Under the pieces are notes generated by a model. It saw nothing but the letters and a program-made list of their open reading frames with translations. It did no database searches and was not told the DNA's origin. Shown here in pieces: positions 24,895 to 38,325 of a DNA stretch of 64,000 nt (the first letter of the stretch is position 1; each line of letters starts with the position of its first letter). The DNA is from Vicugna vicugna (taxonomy: Eukaryota). The stretch spans positions 5,306,976 through 5,370,975 of the forward strand of contig MU058065.1 in NCBI GenBank assembly GCA_013265495.1, written 5' to 3'. Position numbers and translations under genes: made by a program.

Positions 24895-25325
24895 TGTATT
24901 CATTTCCTCGGACCACCAGAGCAAAATACCATAAACTGGCTGGCTTAATATGACAAAAGTGTATTGTCTCACAGATCTGGATGCTAGATATTCGAAATGG
25001 CATCAGCAGGCCATGTTCCCCCGAAATCCGCAGGGAAAGCCTTTGCTTCTTCCCAGCTTCTGGCCATCTTCCTCATCCCTGGGCTCTCAGTAGCCTTTGA
25101 CATCCCATGGCATTTTCTCAGTGTCTCTGTCCTCACATGGCCATCTTGTTATGAGGACAAAAGTCATACTGGGTTAGTAGCCCATCCCACCCCCGTATGA
25201 CCTCATCCTAACTTACCTAATTACATCTACAGTGACCCTATTTCTAAATAAGGTCACATTCTGAGGGACTGGGGGTTAGAATTTTAACATGTGAATTTTG
25301 GAGAGACTCAATTCAATCTGTAACA
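24895..25325 (-). mobile_element. MLT1B/C MaLR solo LTR
   Basis: TG...CA termini, gaccctatttctaaataaggtcacattctgagg motif, near-TSD aaaac/ataac; flanks resemble a Charlie-type hAT remnant. Confidence 0.9.
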
Positions 25326-25489
25326 ATAACCAACACACTAAGTCTGCGACTTCAAGGAACAGATTGCTAAAGGGGTTGGCTAAAATCGGTATTTTGTTTA
25401 AGCTGGAGTTGATTTAAAGAAAATTAACAAGGATGGTATGTGAACATGGCAAAGTTGCCAGCATTGCACAGCAAATGACTGAAACTGGA

Positions 25490-25937
25490 AAGAAGGTTGA
25501 TTGTGAGACTGGCCACAAATTCTTTCTCTCCCTGTTGCCACGTCCCTAGATAGTTACAGCAACTCCCATCAAGAAGGAGTCTTTTTCTCTGCTCCTTGGT
25601 TCTGGCCGGCCTTGGAGTTTGCTTTGGCCAATGGGACATTAGCCAGTATGGCGTAAGCAGAAGCTTGAAAAGCACATGCTCACTGAGGCTCGCAGCTTGC
25701 CTGGGTTCCCTGCTGAAAGATGAGAGACCCCAGGAGGCAGAGTAAGACAACTGGCTGATGGTCGGCCAGCCCCTAAGCTGACTGGCTGCCGACAGCGGCC
25801 CATGACTTGAGCCCCAGACCAGGGTAGCCAGTCCCTGCGCCTAGATCAGCAGAACCACCCAACTGAGCCTAGCCCAAATTGTCAAAATGAAGAACTGTGA
25901 ATTAGAAAAAAATGGCTGCTGTTTAAAACTACCACTT
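25490..25937 (+). mobile_element. MLT1H/G-like MaLR LTR
   Basis: ttgctttggccaatgggacattagc...agaagcttgaaaagcac...gatcagcagaaccacccaactgagcctagcccaaattg. Confidence 0.85.
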
Positions 25938-26623
25938 AAACCTTCTCATCGATTTTCTGTTTATTTTGACTGGTAATTACAACAGTTTCCCAAATTTTCT
26001 GAATTTTTTTTTTTACATCAGAGTTGGTTCAGGGCTGAAAGAAACACTATGATCATTTGGAAGAGGGTGGGAGGGCTGGCTGGGGAAGGTATCTTGCAGC
26101 ATTCCAGTCTGAAGTTCACTTTCTTTCCTCTCCTTCTCTCACTGGCCTGTGAATTCAACCAAAAATAACCTTTGCAGCAGAGAGAAAGGGGCCAGACCTA
26201 ACAAGGGCACAGCAGATGAATCACATCCCCACCAATGTCCCCTGTCTCCCTGCAGGACATTTTCTGGTCAGCTGGTTTCTGAGAGTCAAAGAAGAGATTT
26301 CCATAAACTTTAACAACTATTATTGGTGACCTGACTATGGGGCTTTACAACCATTCTTTCCAGAATCCACCATGGATGGAATGCTGTTTGAGACCAACTC
26401 TGAACAGCATCATGGAAAGAGAATTATACTATACATCACGACTCCTGGGATTTTTTTTTTTCCTAAAGGAACCCTCATCTACTTGTATCTCCCCCATTCA
26501 GTTTTTCTCATTGCAGCCAGATGAATCTTCCCAAAACCCAAAGCTGATCCCTGTTTAAAAACTTCCACTGCTTTTCACTGCTCTTGGAGTAACAACCATA
26601 TTCCTAAATATGGCCTCTACGGC

Positions 26624-26991
26624 TGTATCAGTCTGCTTGGGACGCCATAAGAATACACTATGGATGGCGTAACAAACAAAAAAAATTTGTTTTCTCACAG
26701 TTCTGGAGGCTGGATGTCCAAGATCAAGATGCCAACAAGGTTAATTTCACCTTGGCGTGCAGACAGCTGACTCCTCCGCGGCTCCTCGCGCAGCCTTTCC
26801 TCGTTGAATGTGCATTCCTGCTGTCTCTCTCTCTTCTTATAAGGACACCAGTACTCTTGGATTAGGGCCCCACCTTTATGACCTCAGTTAATCTTAGTTA
26901 TCTCCTCAAAGGCCCTATCTCCAAATACTGTCGCATTGGGGTAGAGGGCTTCAAATATAAATTCAGGGGGAACACAGTTGAGTCCACAACA
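26624..26991 (-). mobile_element. MLT1A MaLR solo LTR inserted in an L2 fragment (L2 about 26490-27110)
   Basis: tctcacagttctggaggctgg...cttataaggacaccagt...ggattagggccccacc; TG...CA ends; decayed TSD acggc/atggt. Confidence 0.9.
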
Positions 26992-28014
26992 ATGGTCTTG
27001 CTTGACCTGTTCTCTGCTCACCTCTCCAGACCCTTCATGTGCCACCAAACCAGCCCCTCACCTCTGCCCTCCAGCCATTCTGGTCTCCTCCCTCACTGGG
27101 CTGCACCAGTCTTTTAGCAACTGTGGTTTTATTTTCATCCAGATGATGCCTTGCCCTCCTAAGAAATGAAGCTCCAAGAGAGCGGGAAAGTGCCTGATTC
27201 TGCTCAGCACCGGGCGTGAAGCAGACAGTCAGCAAGGCTGCAGAATGAACGAGAAGTTCAGCAAGGGCCCCGAGACTCACGGTAACCACATGGGTCAGCG
27301 CGACTTGCAGATGTGAGTCCCACCTATTCATGCAGTCATGCAGGAGACACTTACTAAGCATCTACTGTGTGCTAGATCCTGAGAACACGAAGGTAAGTAA
27401 GAGAGGCAGGTGTCAAACCAATTCCTCTGCAGGCAGAGTTCCCTAACTGAACCATATTCCCTGTTCCTACTGTCCTCACTCCAGTCCACTTTGGCCCAGG
27501 TAGGAACAGCCATTGAGATTTTTCCAACGACGTGATACTTTTTTAACCTCGCTATTTACAGTCCTTGCACATACATTATTTGAAAATCGTAATGTCAGAA
27601 ATAAAAATCATTCTACATCATTAAAAGTTTAAAAGGTGATTGTCAATGCTTTCAGAGATGTATCCTGATTATGGTCCCAGGAAAACGACTCTCAATAAAT
27701 TCTTTTATGGTTTTATGGGTAGCTAAAGAGAGAAATTTCAGGTAAGGATTTTAAGATATATAAATAATTGAAAGATACATACTAATTTTAAAAATCATTC
27801 CCCGGGACTAATGTAACTATTGGATGAATCACACACTTTTTTTCTTAATGCTGTAATATAAACCGAATTGAGAGGAAGAAGAAATAAAGCACGTATATCA
27901 TGTATATACCAGTGCTTCTAAAAGTCTTGGAAAACCTAGTAAATTTAGTAAGGGCAGAATTTAGGAGATTTTACTGGTCCCAAAACTTGACTTTGTAAGT
28001 TCCTTTAAATCTGA

Positions 28015-28230
28015 AAATTATAGCTACCATTTGATGTTTGCCCGAGCTCTGCCAGCCTCTCTGTCAGGTGTTTGACAAATCTTCCCAATCATCAGACAGA
28101 GTAGACATCATCATTCCCATTTTACAGGAGGGAACATTTCAGACCAGAAAGCTTCAAACACAATTAATAAGCAGCAAATCTGGGGCTCAGACTCCAGCCA
28201 GTCTGATCTCAGAGGCCATGTCCCTTGTCC
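28015..28230 (-). mobile_element. MIR SINE
   Basis: tagctaccatt...attcccattttacaggagggaac. Confidence 0.7.
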
Positions 28231-28884
28231 ATGTCATGTTGTCCCACGTTGCCTCAAAGGTGCCAAGAACAGTTCTGGCTGACTGCTTTTGTGGAAACTC
28301 TAGGATGTAAATAAGTAAATTAAATGAATTAAAGTAGGTTTTGGTCTCCATCTGGGGACTGGGAATGTGATTCCTAAATGCCTTCTGGAGCTCAGGAGAA
28401 AGAAAAGAAAAGTCCTAAGGCCTTTCATTCACCTCCATGAAGCAACTAATTTCCCCTGTAAGAGCATTTTTAGCTTAAACAGGGAGTGATACAGAGTCAC
28501 AGGCAAGGCCAGACGTCTTCCCCTAGGAGTGTTGGGACTGAGTCCTCTCTGATGTGATGTCAGGAAAATCTTTCCCCAGCCTGCAGTCTCCCCCACAGGA
28601 GGGCCCTTCCCTGTGGTCAAGCTGTTTCCCCCAGGAATCCTCTTTTAAAATGCATTGGACCCTTGCAGGATAATTAGATCATTAATATCTTGGCTTATGT
28701 GGTTTACTCAAGAGCAGTTAGGCAATCACCTCCCAGTCCTGAAAGGAAGTAAACCCAGACAAGCAAGTTCAGGGTGTGGAGCCCCTTCCCAGAGATGGCA
28801 GCCGAGAGTACCTGGCCTTCCCTCCCTCCTTTTACCAAGTTGTCAGGGCCAACTCTGGCTACGACAGCAAGTAAATGGGCCTCA

Positions 28885-29050
28885 CTTGGCTCCTAGGAAG
28901 AGCTCTGTGTTTTGATGTTCCCATTTGTAAAATGGGGATAAAGATAATGACTACCTCATAGGGTTGCTCTGGGGTGAAATGACTCAAGCAAGCACCAAAA
29001 TGTTCTGAGCACTCAGCAGAGTGCTGAACACTGTGCCTGGCACACTGCAG
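28885..29050 (+). mobile_element. MIR SINE 3' half
   Basis: tttgtaaaatggggataaagataatgactacctcatagggttg. Confidence 0.8.
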
Positions 29051-29119
29051 ACCTCAGTTTTCTCATTTGTGAATGAACAGTGACAATGCCCTGCATTACA
29101 AGTGCCTGGCCTTCCTCAG

Positions 29120-29440
29120 TCTCATCCACAAATATTTCCTGAGAGCCAACTCAGTGACAGGCACGAGGATACAAGGATGCCAATAATGTACCCATTTCTG
29201 ACCTTCACTGAGCTTACACTTTAGAGGAAGAGATTTATCAACAGTCATCAAGAATCTGTGACAATCACTACACCAGCATTCAGTTACCATCGTTACAAGT
29301 GCTTTGAAGGGAAAGGACAGGACTGGTGGGATCTCAGGAAGGTCTTTCTGGGGAAGTGACATTCAAATTGACTTAAAGATGAGCCGTTGGGCAGAGGAGT
29401 TGGGGAAAGTGTGCTCTAGGCAGAGGGACCGCGGTGGGTA
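29120..29440 (-). mobile_element. LINE-2 fragment
   Basis: caaatatttcctgagagccaact...gagcttacactttagaggaag...tcaggaaggtctttctggggaagtgacatt. Confidence 0.8.
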
Positions 29441-29819
29441 AAGCAGATACTAGATAAGCCTCAGGATAGCTATGGCACTGATGCTTCAGAGACCACATAT
29501 GTGGTGGCCTCTGCCATGGACAGAGGCAACTGTGGCCAACTCATGGGGATGTGCAGTCTTGGGTCACTCCCCGGCCATGCAGCAAGAGGCCACATAGCTG
29601 GTGGATGGAGCAGAAGTGAGTTTGCCAAATGTCTTTGGGAAAATCTATTCCTGATGGTCTTCATCCAGCCCCTGCACAATCCCAGAAAGAGTACGAGCAC
29701 CTCTGGCAAAGATCCTCTCATCCTCCCACCCCTTTCCTACTCTGACACTCTCCTCTTTCCTATTCTTTCTTTAGGTTCTTCTCTTACCATAGCAGTTAAA
29801 TGTGAAGAGCAAATTTTTA

Positions 29820-30535
29820 AAAATTATTTTGTCAGGTTGGCAGAAGTTTAAAAGACTAATACCGTCAAGCGCTGGAGGGGATGCCAGGAAGTGCAGCATC
29901 CTCGTTCATTTAGGGGACGTGTAACTTCGTGATGCCTTTTTGAAAAACAACTTGGCAGCATCTATGAACATTTTAAGTGCACATGCCTTTTGACTGAGCA
30001 ATTCTACTTCTAGGAATCATGCCTTTAAAAATACTTGCTCATATGCACAAAAGGAAGATGTTAAAAGTTGTATATAGCTATTTATCACAGGTGATGGTGA
30101 AAAACTGAAAATAACTTAAATGTCCATCAGTCGAGGAGCAATACAAATTATGATAGAGCCATATTACAGAACAATATGAAGTCAGTAAAAGAAAGAACTA
30201 AACCCTAATGATTTCCATGACATGTTGTTAAATGAAAACAGCAAGGTGTGTACCCACTGATGTTTTTTAAGAAAAGTATGTGTGGAGGTGTGTAAGCATA
30301 GACAAGGCAAACAGAAGGAAGCATCATACTACTGACAGAGGACACCTCTAGGGAGAGAAGTGGTGATTATGCAGGGGTGAAAGGCAAGCATTCATGGTCT
30401 CCTAGAAGAGTCAGGGTCAAGTTCATGGTCTTCTTCTATGAGGAGAATGTACTTAATGCCACTGAACTGTATACTTAAAAATGGTTAAAATGGCCAGGCT
30501 TACATTGGGTATATTTTCCCACAATTTCAAAAAAT
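29820..30535 (+). mobile_element. Ancient LINE-1 (L1ME) fragment followed by an L1M 3' end
   Basis: tttgactgagcaattctacttctaggaat, aacttaaatgtccatcagt; gtacttaatgccactgaactgtatacttaaaaatggttaaaatgg. Confidence 0.85.
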
Positions 30536-32011
30536 TGATTACTACAAATAATTACATCGGGATTCATTTCCAGGGCGGGACATCTGAAGACAAGGGAAGA
30601 CTCGTGTTTGTAGGAATGGCGGATAATGCCAGGAAGTCACTGCGGGAGTAACATATGGACCTCCTACCCACCAGACTCCGTAATGGAAATGCTAACAAGG
30701 TATTTATAGGCTGAGCTTTGGTCCAAGCGCCCAACCTCAAGACCCTTTGAAATGGTCTTCTTAAACGACCCAACCTTCTAAACTCCTGACGTCAAATGGT
30801 GTGACTGAGGGACAGACTCATAACTGTCATTTAAAAAAAGAAACAACAATAAAAAAAAGGGGTGGGGAGGAGAGAGGCCACAATGACTTAGGTCAGTTCT
30901 TAAATGCTCCTACTCAGAACCCATTGCTTAGTGAGGCCTCCAGCCTTTTTATAGTGTGTATGCACATTTACAGCACGCTGAGCAGCAGCTGGCTCTGTCT
31001 GACCTGGCTTCTTGGAGACAAAGGCCCCAGTGCCATCAAGTCATGAGGTGCAAATAAGACTAGAATTAAACTTCCTCATGCCCAAACATGTCACATTTGG
31101 CATCTGCACACCATTACTAGAAGCCCATCGAACAAAAGCAGAAGGACAACATTGATTCCATCCAGCCAGACCACTTCGCAGAGGAACCAAATAAACACAA
31201 ACAAACCCAAATCTTGTAACGTTTCACTGAGCTTCTACCGGCATCTGTCAGAATAAAAGAGAGGAGATGTTTATACTGGGACAGGAAGTCCGGGTCAAAG
31301 GTGGAGGGAGAAAGGCTCCAGTACTTAAGAAGAGCCCAGGGCAGGAAGGCAAATGTCACGGATAGAAAGTCCATCATTGCCACAGGTAACCAAATATTCT
31401 CAGTCTTTGATTTTTACAGGCAGGTGATTTATGAATCATGACAAAACAGAAGGGACTTACCTTGAGTTAATGCCCATTTAGATGAGGGGATAAAACCCTC
31501 GTGTTTACTCTTGGCGCTGTTAATATCGCAAATGAATACTAATCAGAGATGTTTATTGAAAACGAGAATGAGGCCATTTTCCGCTGTATCCCATGTCATC
31601 TGAACGACCTTGCACTTGAGAACTGCAAGGCAGGAATTTATTCAGTCTCCAGGAAATTGTGAAAGTCTAAATTAGCAAATTTGAGCTACCCAAGAGCCCC
31701 TCAAAAAACAGAGCACAAAAGGCTGAGGAAGAAGCAAAAACTAACATTTGGCTGGAAAGGGGGACACAGGCTAACCTCTCTGAAAGGCCTGATATTACTT
31801 TACCAATACCAAAGAGCAGAATGAAAACTGCATTTTCTAGTGAAAATACAGGTTGACATTGACTATGGGGCTGACTTCCCCTCAGAACCAGTCGAAGGAG
31901 ACAGCAGAATCAGAGTACTTAGAGTTGGAGGAGCCTTAGTGTGACACTTCCCTGCCTCCCAGTCACTGCAAGACAGCCCTCAACCCTGCCCGAGCCCCAG
32001 AGCTCACTCAC

Positions 32012-32342
32012 ATCGAGAGCTGAGATGAAACCGCTCTCCGCAGAGACGCTGCCACTGCCCCAGTCCTGCGCGCTACAGGGAACCAGAACCAAAGTCTCCC
32101 CCCTTGTCCCGCTACTGCTTCCAAAATCACTCTCACTGTTCTTTCTCAAACTCTGCTCCAGGTAAAACATCATCAGGCCCTTGGGTGAAGCAACTTTTCT
32201 AAGCACTAGACCTCTGCCTCTGATATCCTGGTCAACATTTCCATTCCTTTTTTAGCCCAAGAGTTTCTTTGAAGCACAAACTTAAAAAGGCAAATGCCTC
32301 CCACAGCCCCTTTAATACCACTCTAAGCTGTTAATGATCAAT
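32012..32342 (-). promoter_or_regulatory. Candidate promoter and first exon
   Basis: HNF1-like GTTAATGATCAAT (32330-32342), minus-strand TATTAAAGGGG (from 32317), 54-codon ATG frame 32173-32012 ending at donor GAT|GTGAGT. Confidence 0.35.
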
Positions 32343-34549
32343 TGCCCTTGGTACATAGGAAAGCAAAGCCCCTACCGCAGGCTTTGAAGAGAAAGGTTAA
32401 AGCTAAGAGAGAGAGTAAAAAGGCATCGGGCCAGTAGGGAGAAGCAGTGAGAACAAACACGAAGAAAAGGAGAGGGAGGAAGGATGAGAACTATCTTAGC
32501 CTCAATCACAATTTTACCCACGGTGGATACAGTCCTCGCCCATGCACGCACACGCACGCGCACACACACGCAAGTACAGACCCCAGACTCATTAAGTAGC
32601 CCAGACAAGGAGCCAAATAGCTCAGTGCACCACCTGATATCATCCTTCTGACCATTAATGGATCCTGCATTTTCTCCACTTTAACAGCTTAATCACTTAC
32701 CCGTCATCTTCTCTCCATATGGACTTACGCGAGACAGTGTTTGGTTAAAGAGCTTCAATCTCTTTACAAGCTGCCCAATAAAGATAAGTGGAAGTATCAA
32801 AATTCTCTGTGAACTAAAACCTCAGACTGCAGAGACTCCTCACACATGATACTTTCTGATGGTGATCAGGAGCCAGATGGAATAACCCTATAAAAGTTAA
32901 AACCAGGGGCAGGCTGAGCTATAATGCACATGGTCAAGGGAGCCATTCTGATATGCAAATTTCCCATGCAGAACTGAATAGGTTCTCTAGGCATTTTCCA
33001 GACTTGAATTTCTCTAGTTGATTTTTCAATTCCAACTCCATCATTAACCCACTCCCAAACCCCAAATCTGTCCTATGAACCATGAAATCAGGTGATTTTT
33101 TCAAGTCTTTTGTATTAAGGTTATTAGGAAAAAGCAAAGCCCTTTTTGGACTGCAAATGCCAAAATTCAGTCATTTATTTACCTTTGTCTAATGTAATTA
33201 AAATAGGAACCATTTTTTCCTTGCATGCTGCTAAGTCCTCTGAAGAGCACAGCATTTCAACTGCTTTTCTTATATTGCACTGAGAAGCACAATGCCCCCT
33301 CCTCAAGCAAGTGGAGATAAAGAAAATGAAAGTGGGGGGGGGTGTTGAAAAGGGTGGAAGAAGGAAGTGAGATATCTTACTCAGTCATCTCTTTTGGTAA
33401 GAAAAATCATGGATTTTTTGACCCAGCAACCTTGAGTCTCACACACGCTACAGAGCAAATAGGGAAGAGGTCATCGTCCCCTTTTCACACACAAGGAAAC
33501 TGAGGATCAGAGAAGTCAAGGAATTTGTCCTGTGTCATGATGACTCACAGACCCAAACATATAGCCCAGGCTGCATTTCGGTCCCACCAGTCACTCTTTT
33601 GAGAAGATGACTCCGGCTCTGGCTTTCTTGCAAAACTGGAGATCCTGAGCAATTCCAGGAACTCTGGCTATGCAGACCCTCCTGGCTGTGCCCCTCTTCT
33701 GCCTTTAGATCCCCGCCCCTGGTGTCAGCATCAATACCGTGAATACCTAACAAAAGTACCTGATCGTGCTCTCTCACGCCCCTCTTCAGCCAGCCCTCAT
33801 CAGCAAACAAATCTGATCGATCAACTCCTGCTAAAGCATTCTCAGTGGAACCCAAGAAGATCAAGCACCTTGCCAAACTCCAGTTAGTTAGTGGCAGCAC
33901 AGGATTTGAACCTAAAACAGGGTATAATTCCAGGTCTTATCATAGGCATGGTGAGGTAAACATTCCCAGAAGCCCCTGATGACCCCACTTGAGAAGTTAC
34001 ACTCTCTGCATACATCATATTAGAGTGGAAAACCACCAGCAGCAAGGAGACTCATGAACTGTGTCAAGCATGGGTGTCAGGAGGCAAGCCTTTAAAGATT
34101 CCCCAGAGGGAAACAGCTTCGCACTTGGAGCGGTCCCTGCCACAGGTGATGAGGACATTCTTTCCGATTGCCAACAGGTTCCACAGAGACCTCCAGGTTC
34201 TGTCTTTGCCCAAAACAGATCTCAGAACCTCAGTGGGAACCAACTGATTGACCCCTCTCTTCCCACACCTACTCCCTTGCCTCTCAGATGATGTATTAAA
34301 GCTGAAGCCTTCCCAGCAGGGACAGTGCTGGCCTACTCCCCGGACCCTGTTTCTGCCCAAATCCTTTAAAAATACACATCTAAGGGAAATTAACCTCCAC
34401 CTGATACATCTAACTATACCCTACAAAATAGAGAGAATATTCTAGATTCTTCTATGAAAGTTTCTGATTCAGGTTAACATTTTGTTAAGCACAGACACAT
34501 GTCAAGCTCTGGTGCACAGCTTCATGGTGCTGAAGATGCTCCAGGTCAC

Positions 34550-34790
34550 CACTTACTGAGCTTTGACTCCAGGCTCCTGTGGCCATCCCCTTACTGACAT
34601 TATCTCATTTAGTCCTCATTAACCCAGAGGTATATGCAATTATCATTCCCATAGCAGGTGAGAAAACCGGAGCCCACAGTGATTAAGAAATTTGCCCACA
34701 AATTTCTTTAAATTCTTTAAATAGGGGTCCAGCCAGGATTCAACTCTTGTTTGCCTGATTCAAAGTCCTCGATTCTCAGCTGCAGTATTA
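34550..34790 (-). mobile_element. MIR SINE
   Basis: cacttactgagc...cattatctcatttagtcctca...gtgagaaaaccggagcccacag...agccaggattcaac. Confidence 0.85.
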
Positions 34791-37700
34791 CTGAAAGAGG
34801 GCTGAGCAATGAGAAAAACTCAAATGCTTGAGCTTGGCTGGAACAAGACGCACCTACGCAAGTGTTTATTCCAAATGATGCTGGATCCTGGCAAACGGAC
34901 GCTGCAAACAAGCTCCTTCTCAAAGTGCTAGTTTCTGTGCGGGGGCCAACTCTACATACCATCTAACCAGACTTTCTCTGTGTGTTATTGGAACTTTCTC
35001 AGGTATATCAGGAATGAAAACACTCATCCGCTGCAGGGGGAGATGGAGATGAAGTGTGGAAGAAACGCTTAGCAAGCAGCATTGGTGGAGGGGCCCCTCT
35101 TCCCCTGTTTTGGGTGGAGGAGAACCATCCCATCTGAGTTGGTCATTTCCCTGGGGTCCTTCCCTAGCTCTTTGGTCCAGCCTTCCTGAATCCTCCTCTT
35201 TCTGTATTCCTTCCCCCACGCTCTTTTCCCTCTGACAGCCATAACTGGTGGACTGGAAGGGGACCCACACAGGAGCACACCAGAGGAGGGAGAATAGCAC
35301 GCATTACGCCGCGTCTCATTCCTTTGCTCCTCTAGTGAAAGACTCTACTAATCAAGTAACAAGGCAGTGGGGGGAGGGGGCGGGAAATCCACTTGTCTAG
35401 GAATCAGCAGCTCTGGCTTCTCATCCTGACCAACTAGGTATGTGACCTTAAGCCTCTATTTCTTTGACTACAACATGGGAGACCACAGAACCATCTTTCA
35501 AGTTCAAGTTTTTGAACCCTAGAATTTCTGTAGCAGGAAATAGCACCTCAAAACTATTAGTATTACAAAACAATATTACGAAGAAATAATAATAATAGTA
35601 TTACTAAATAATTGGCCCACTCTCTGATAAGGTGACTCCTCGGTGAGACCCAAAGATGCTTCGTTACTCTCCTCCAACTAATTACTGATCTGGTTACTGT
35701 TTCATAACTGATCATTGTAAAATCAGCCTAGATAATCTAGACCTTCCAAAGTGGATCTTTCGTTCTCAACAGCCCACTTGAACGAATCCAGTAAGTGCCT
35801 AACGTGTGCTCTGAGCAGCAGGGACGCATCTAAAGATGATGATACTTTCTAATTTGAGGAGGGTTTCCAAGCAACAAGTGGGGATAATCTTCTCCAGTCA
35901 GTGAGCTTTGGCTTTACATTATTTCCACACTAATGTTGACTTTGTCAGACTTCTCAGGCAAAGAGCCGCATGAAGACAAATAAGAATAAAGTTTAAACAC
36001 TAGACGTTTATTTTCTTTTCAATCCATCTTCAAGGTGACCGCGTCCCTTCACGGGGAAGAGCGGTCTTCTGGATTTTAGGAGCTTATCACTAGTCCGGGG
36101 GTAAAGTTACAGTCTGTTAACAAAGAACTATTGTAATCAAAAGAATCTAACAGAAAGGTTTCTATTGCCGCTTGCCTGGGAAAGAAAAGTTTTTCTTTCC
36201 CTAACTAGTTATTAAAGTACTTACGTTTAAATCAGGATATTTCAGTGACATCAGAATCCAGACCCACCCTGAGCCTTTGTGCAAACTCAAATTACTGCTT
36301 GAAAACGTTCTGTTAACTTCCAATTTTCTTGTATTTTATTTTTTTCATACCTTGCTACATTTCCTAGTGGCTTGTCTTGATTCAGTTAGCCAAAGGAGCG
36401 TTTTTGTTTTTGTTTTTTTTTTTGAAGACAGAACATTAGAACAATGATATTCTTTGAACTTTGTTGAAGGTAGCTATTTAGAATTTGCTAAATTAGATGG
36501 ACTTAGCATTTCAGTTCTGTTGAGCATGCTCATCTGATAAGTCTTTGATGCATATCTCTATCGGCTGTGGTCAGGGCAAAAATTAAAGGCAGGTGGGGAA
36601 AGCAAGCAAGAGGGAAATCTAGAACATGTTATAACATTGTTATCATTGGCTGGGGTCAGGGCTCTGCATCCTTCCCGTGCATCGGGAGTTGAGGTTTGTT
36701 TGGCGACGCAGAGGGAGGCCCCTTATTGGATTCATATTGGGCTGGAAGTGGGAGGAAAAAAACAGCTGGAGCTGCTGCAAAGCAGGGAAAGAGTGGATCC
36801 TGGTGGCCGGACAGGAGAAGTGGCAAAGGGAGGAGGGTGTGGCTCACGGCTTCCGAAGGTGGTAACTCTCTGGTTTACCTGCACGTGTTAACAACTTAGA
36901 CCTTCAGCAAAAGTCATCGTCCTTGGTATTTAAATTAACATCCCACTTTGGAAGTCAAAGTAACTGTTTCCTTAGGATTTGGGAGATATTCATAAAGTTG
37001 GATTCTAAGACTTGAAGGTGACTTTAGAAATTCCAAATGTGATAAAAGCCAGAGGTCTATACGAAAATGGCAACTCCTGGCTCTTCTCTTATGTTTGTTC
37101 CCATCCTCCTTATCCTTTCTTAAAACTGAGCAGTTGGAGAAAAGAGATAAAAGATGCAGAGAAAGGGCGGGTAGGCAGGTTTAGAGAGCCTGCCTTCCTC
37201 CCCTCAGTCACCAATGACAAGAGGCCTCGGCAGCTGGACTGGCTACCTTGAATTTTCTATCCTCTGTGTATTAAATTCCCCTTATTTTACCCTGTGAATT
37301 TTTCCATATTTCCTTGTCAGCAGATTTACTGCTCCAACAAAACCTTGTAAGAGCTCAAACAGACTCAATTCAGGCTCTGAGACTCAGAGACACTTTGGGG
37401 AGAAAGGTTTGCGTTCTCTGACGAAAGTACCGGACTTTTGCAAACAGTAAAAGGACAAGGGGAGTTTGTTCTCACACACCTCATGCCTGAACTATTTGTG
37501 CACAAACTTTTGGTAGGCACTTGAAAAAAAAAGAACGAAACAAAACAGAGAGTATGTGTCAAAACTCCTGATCAAGTAATCCACTATTTCCAGGGGGCAA
37601 ATAACCTCTTATTTGCTGAGTCATTCCTATAAAACCATTTCTAGGAGGCATCAGCCAAAACCCCCCAGGGTGCTGGAGGCTGCCCGAGGGATGGTATGCT

Positions 37701-38117
37701 GAGCACAACCCACGACACAGTGATGGCAGACCTGGGCTTGATGGGGCACTTGGCTGTGAGCTCCGTGATGTCACTGAGGACCCTCTAAGGCCCAGACATT
37801 TGATAATGAGTTATCTCTGTGGTGTGACTGCCAAGCTGAGAGCCACTGCATGGAAGCCTGGAGATAGCTCCAGCTCTCTTCCGCTCAGGGCTTTGGGCTT
37901 CAGACTCCATCTTCACATCACCCTTGGTTATTGCCACCACTCAGGGTACGAGGCAGACACAAAAGTTTGCCCAGGACAGGATGAGATGCTACATATGCAC
38001 GTCTCTTCCTAGAAAGAACTCCACCTCTCTCCCTGGTCACAAGCTCCGCTTTCACAACGCCTCCCACATCCTGCCCTTCTGGCCCTTTTCCTTTTGTTTT
38101 CTCCCAACTCCCACCAT

Positions 38118-38325
38118 ACTAATAACAGCTAACCTTCATTGAACGCTTACCTTGTACCAGGGGCTTTATATGGGTTAACTCAATTAACCCTGTTGTGATC
38201 CCCATTTTAATGAGGAAGAAATTGAGACTGGAGGGTTAGCAACCCGCCCAAGATCACAAAGCTAGAAAATAAGGATTTGAAGGCAGACTTTGAATTGCCT
38301 GAACTTATGCCCTTATACCATTACA
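38118..38325 (-). mobile_element. MIR SINE
   Basis: aataacagctaaccttcattgaacgcttac...cccaagatcacaaagctag. Confidence 0.8.

Noticed and set aside
28949..28958. ACTACCTCA let-7 complementary motif
   Set aside because: It is part of the MIR consensus.
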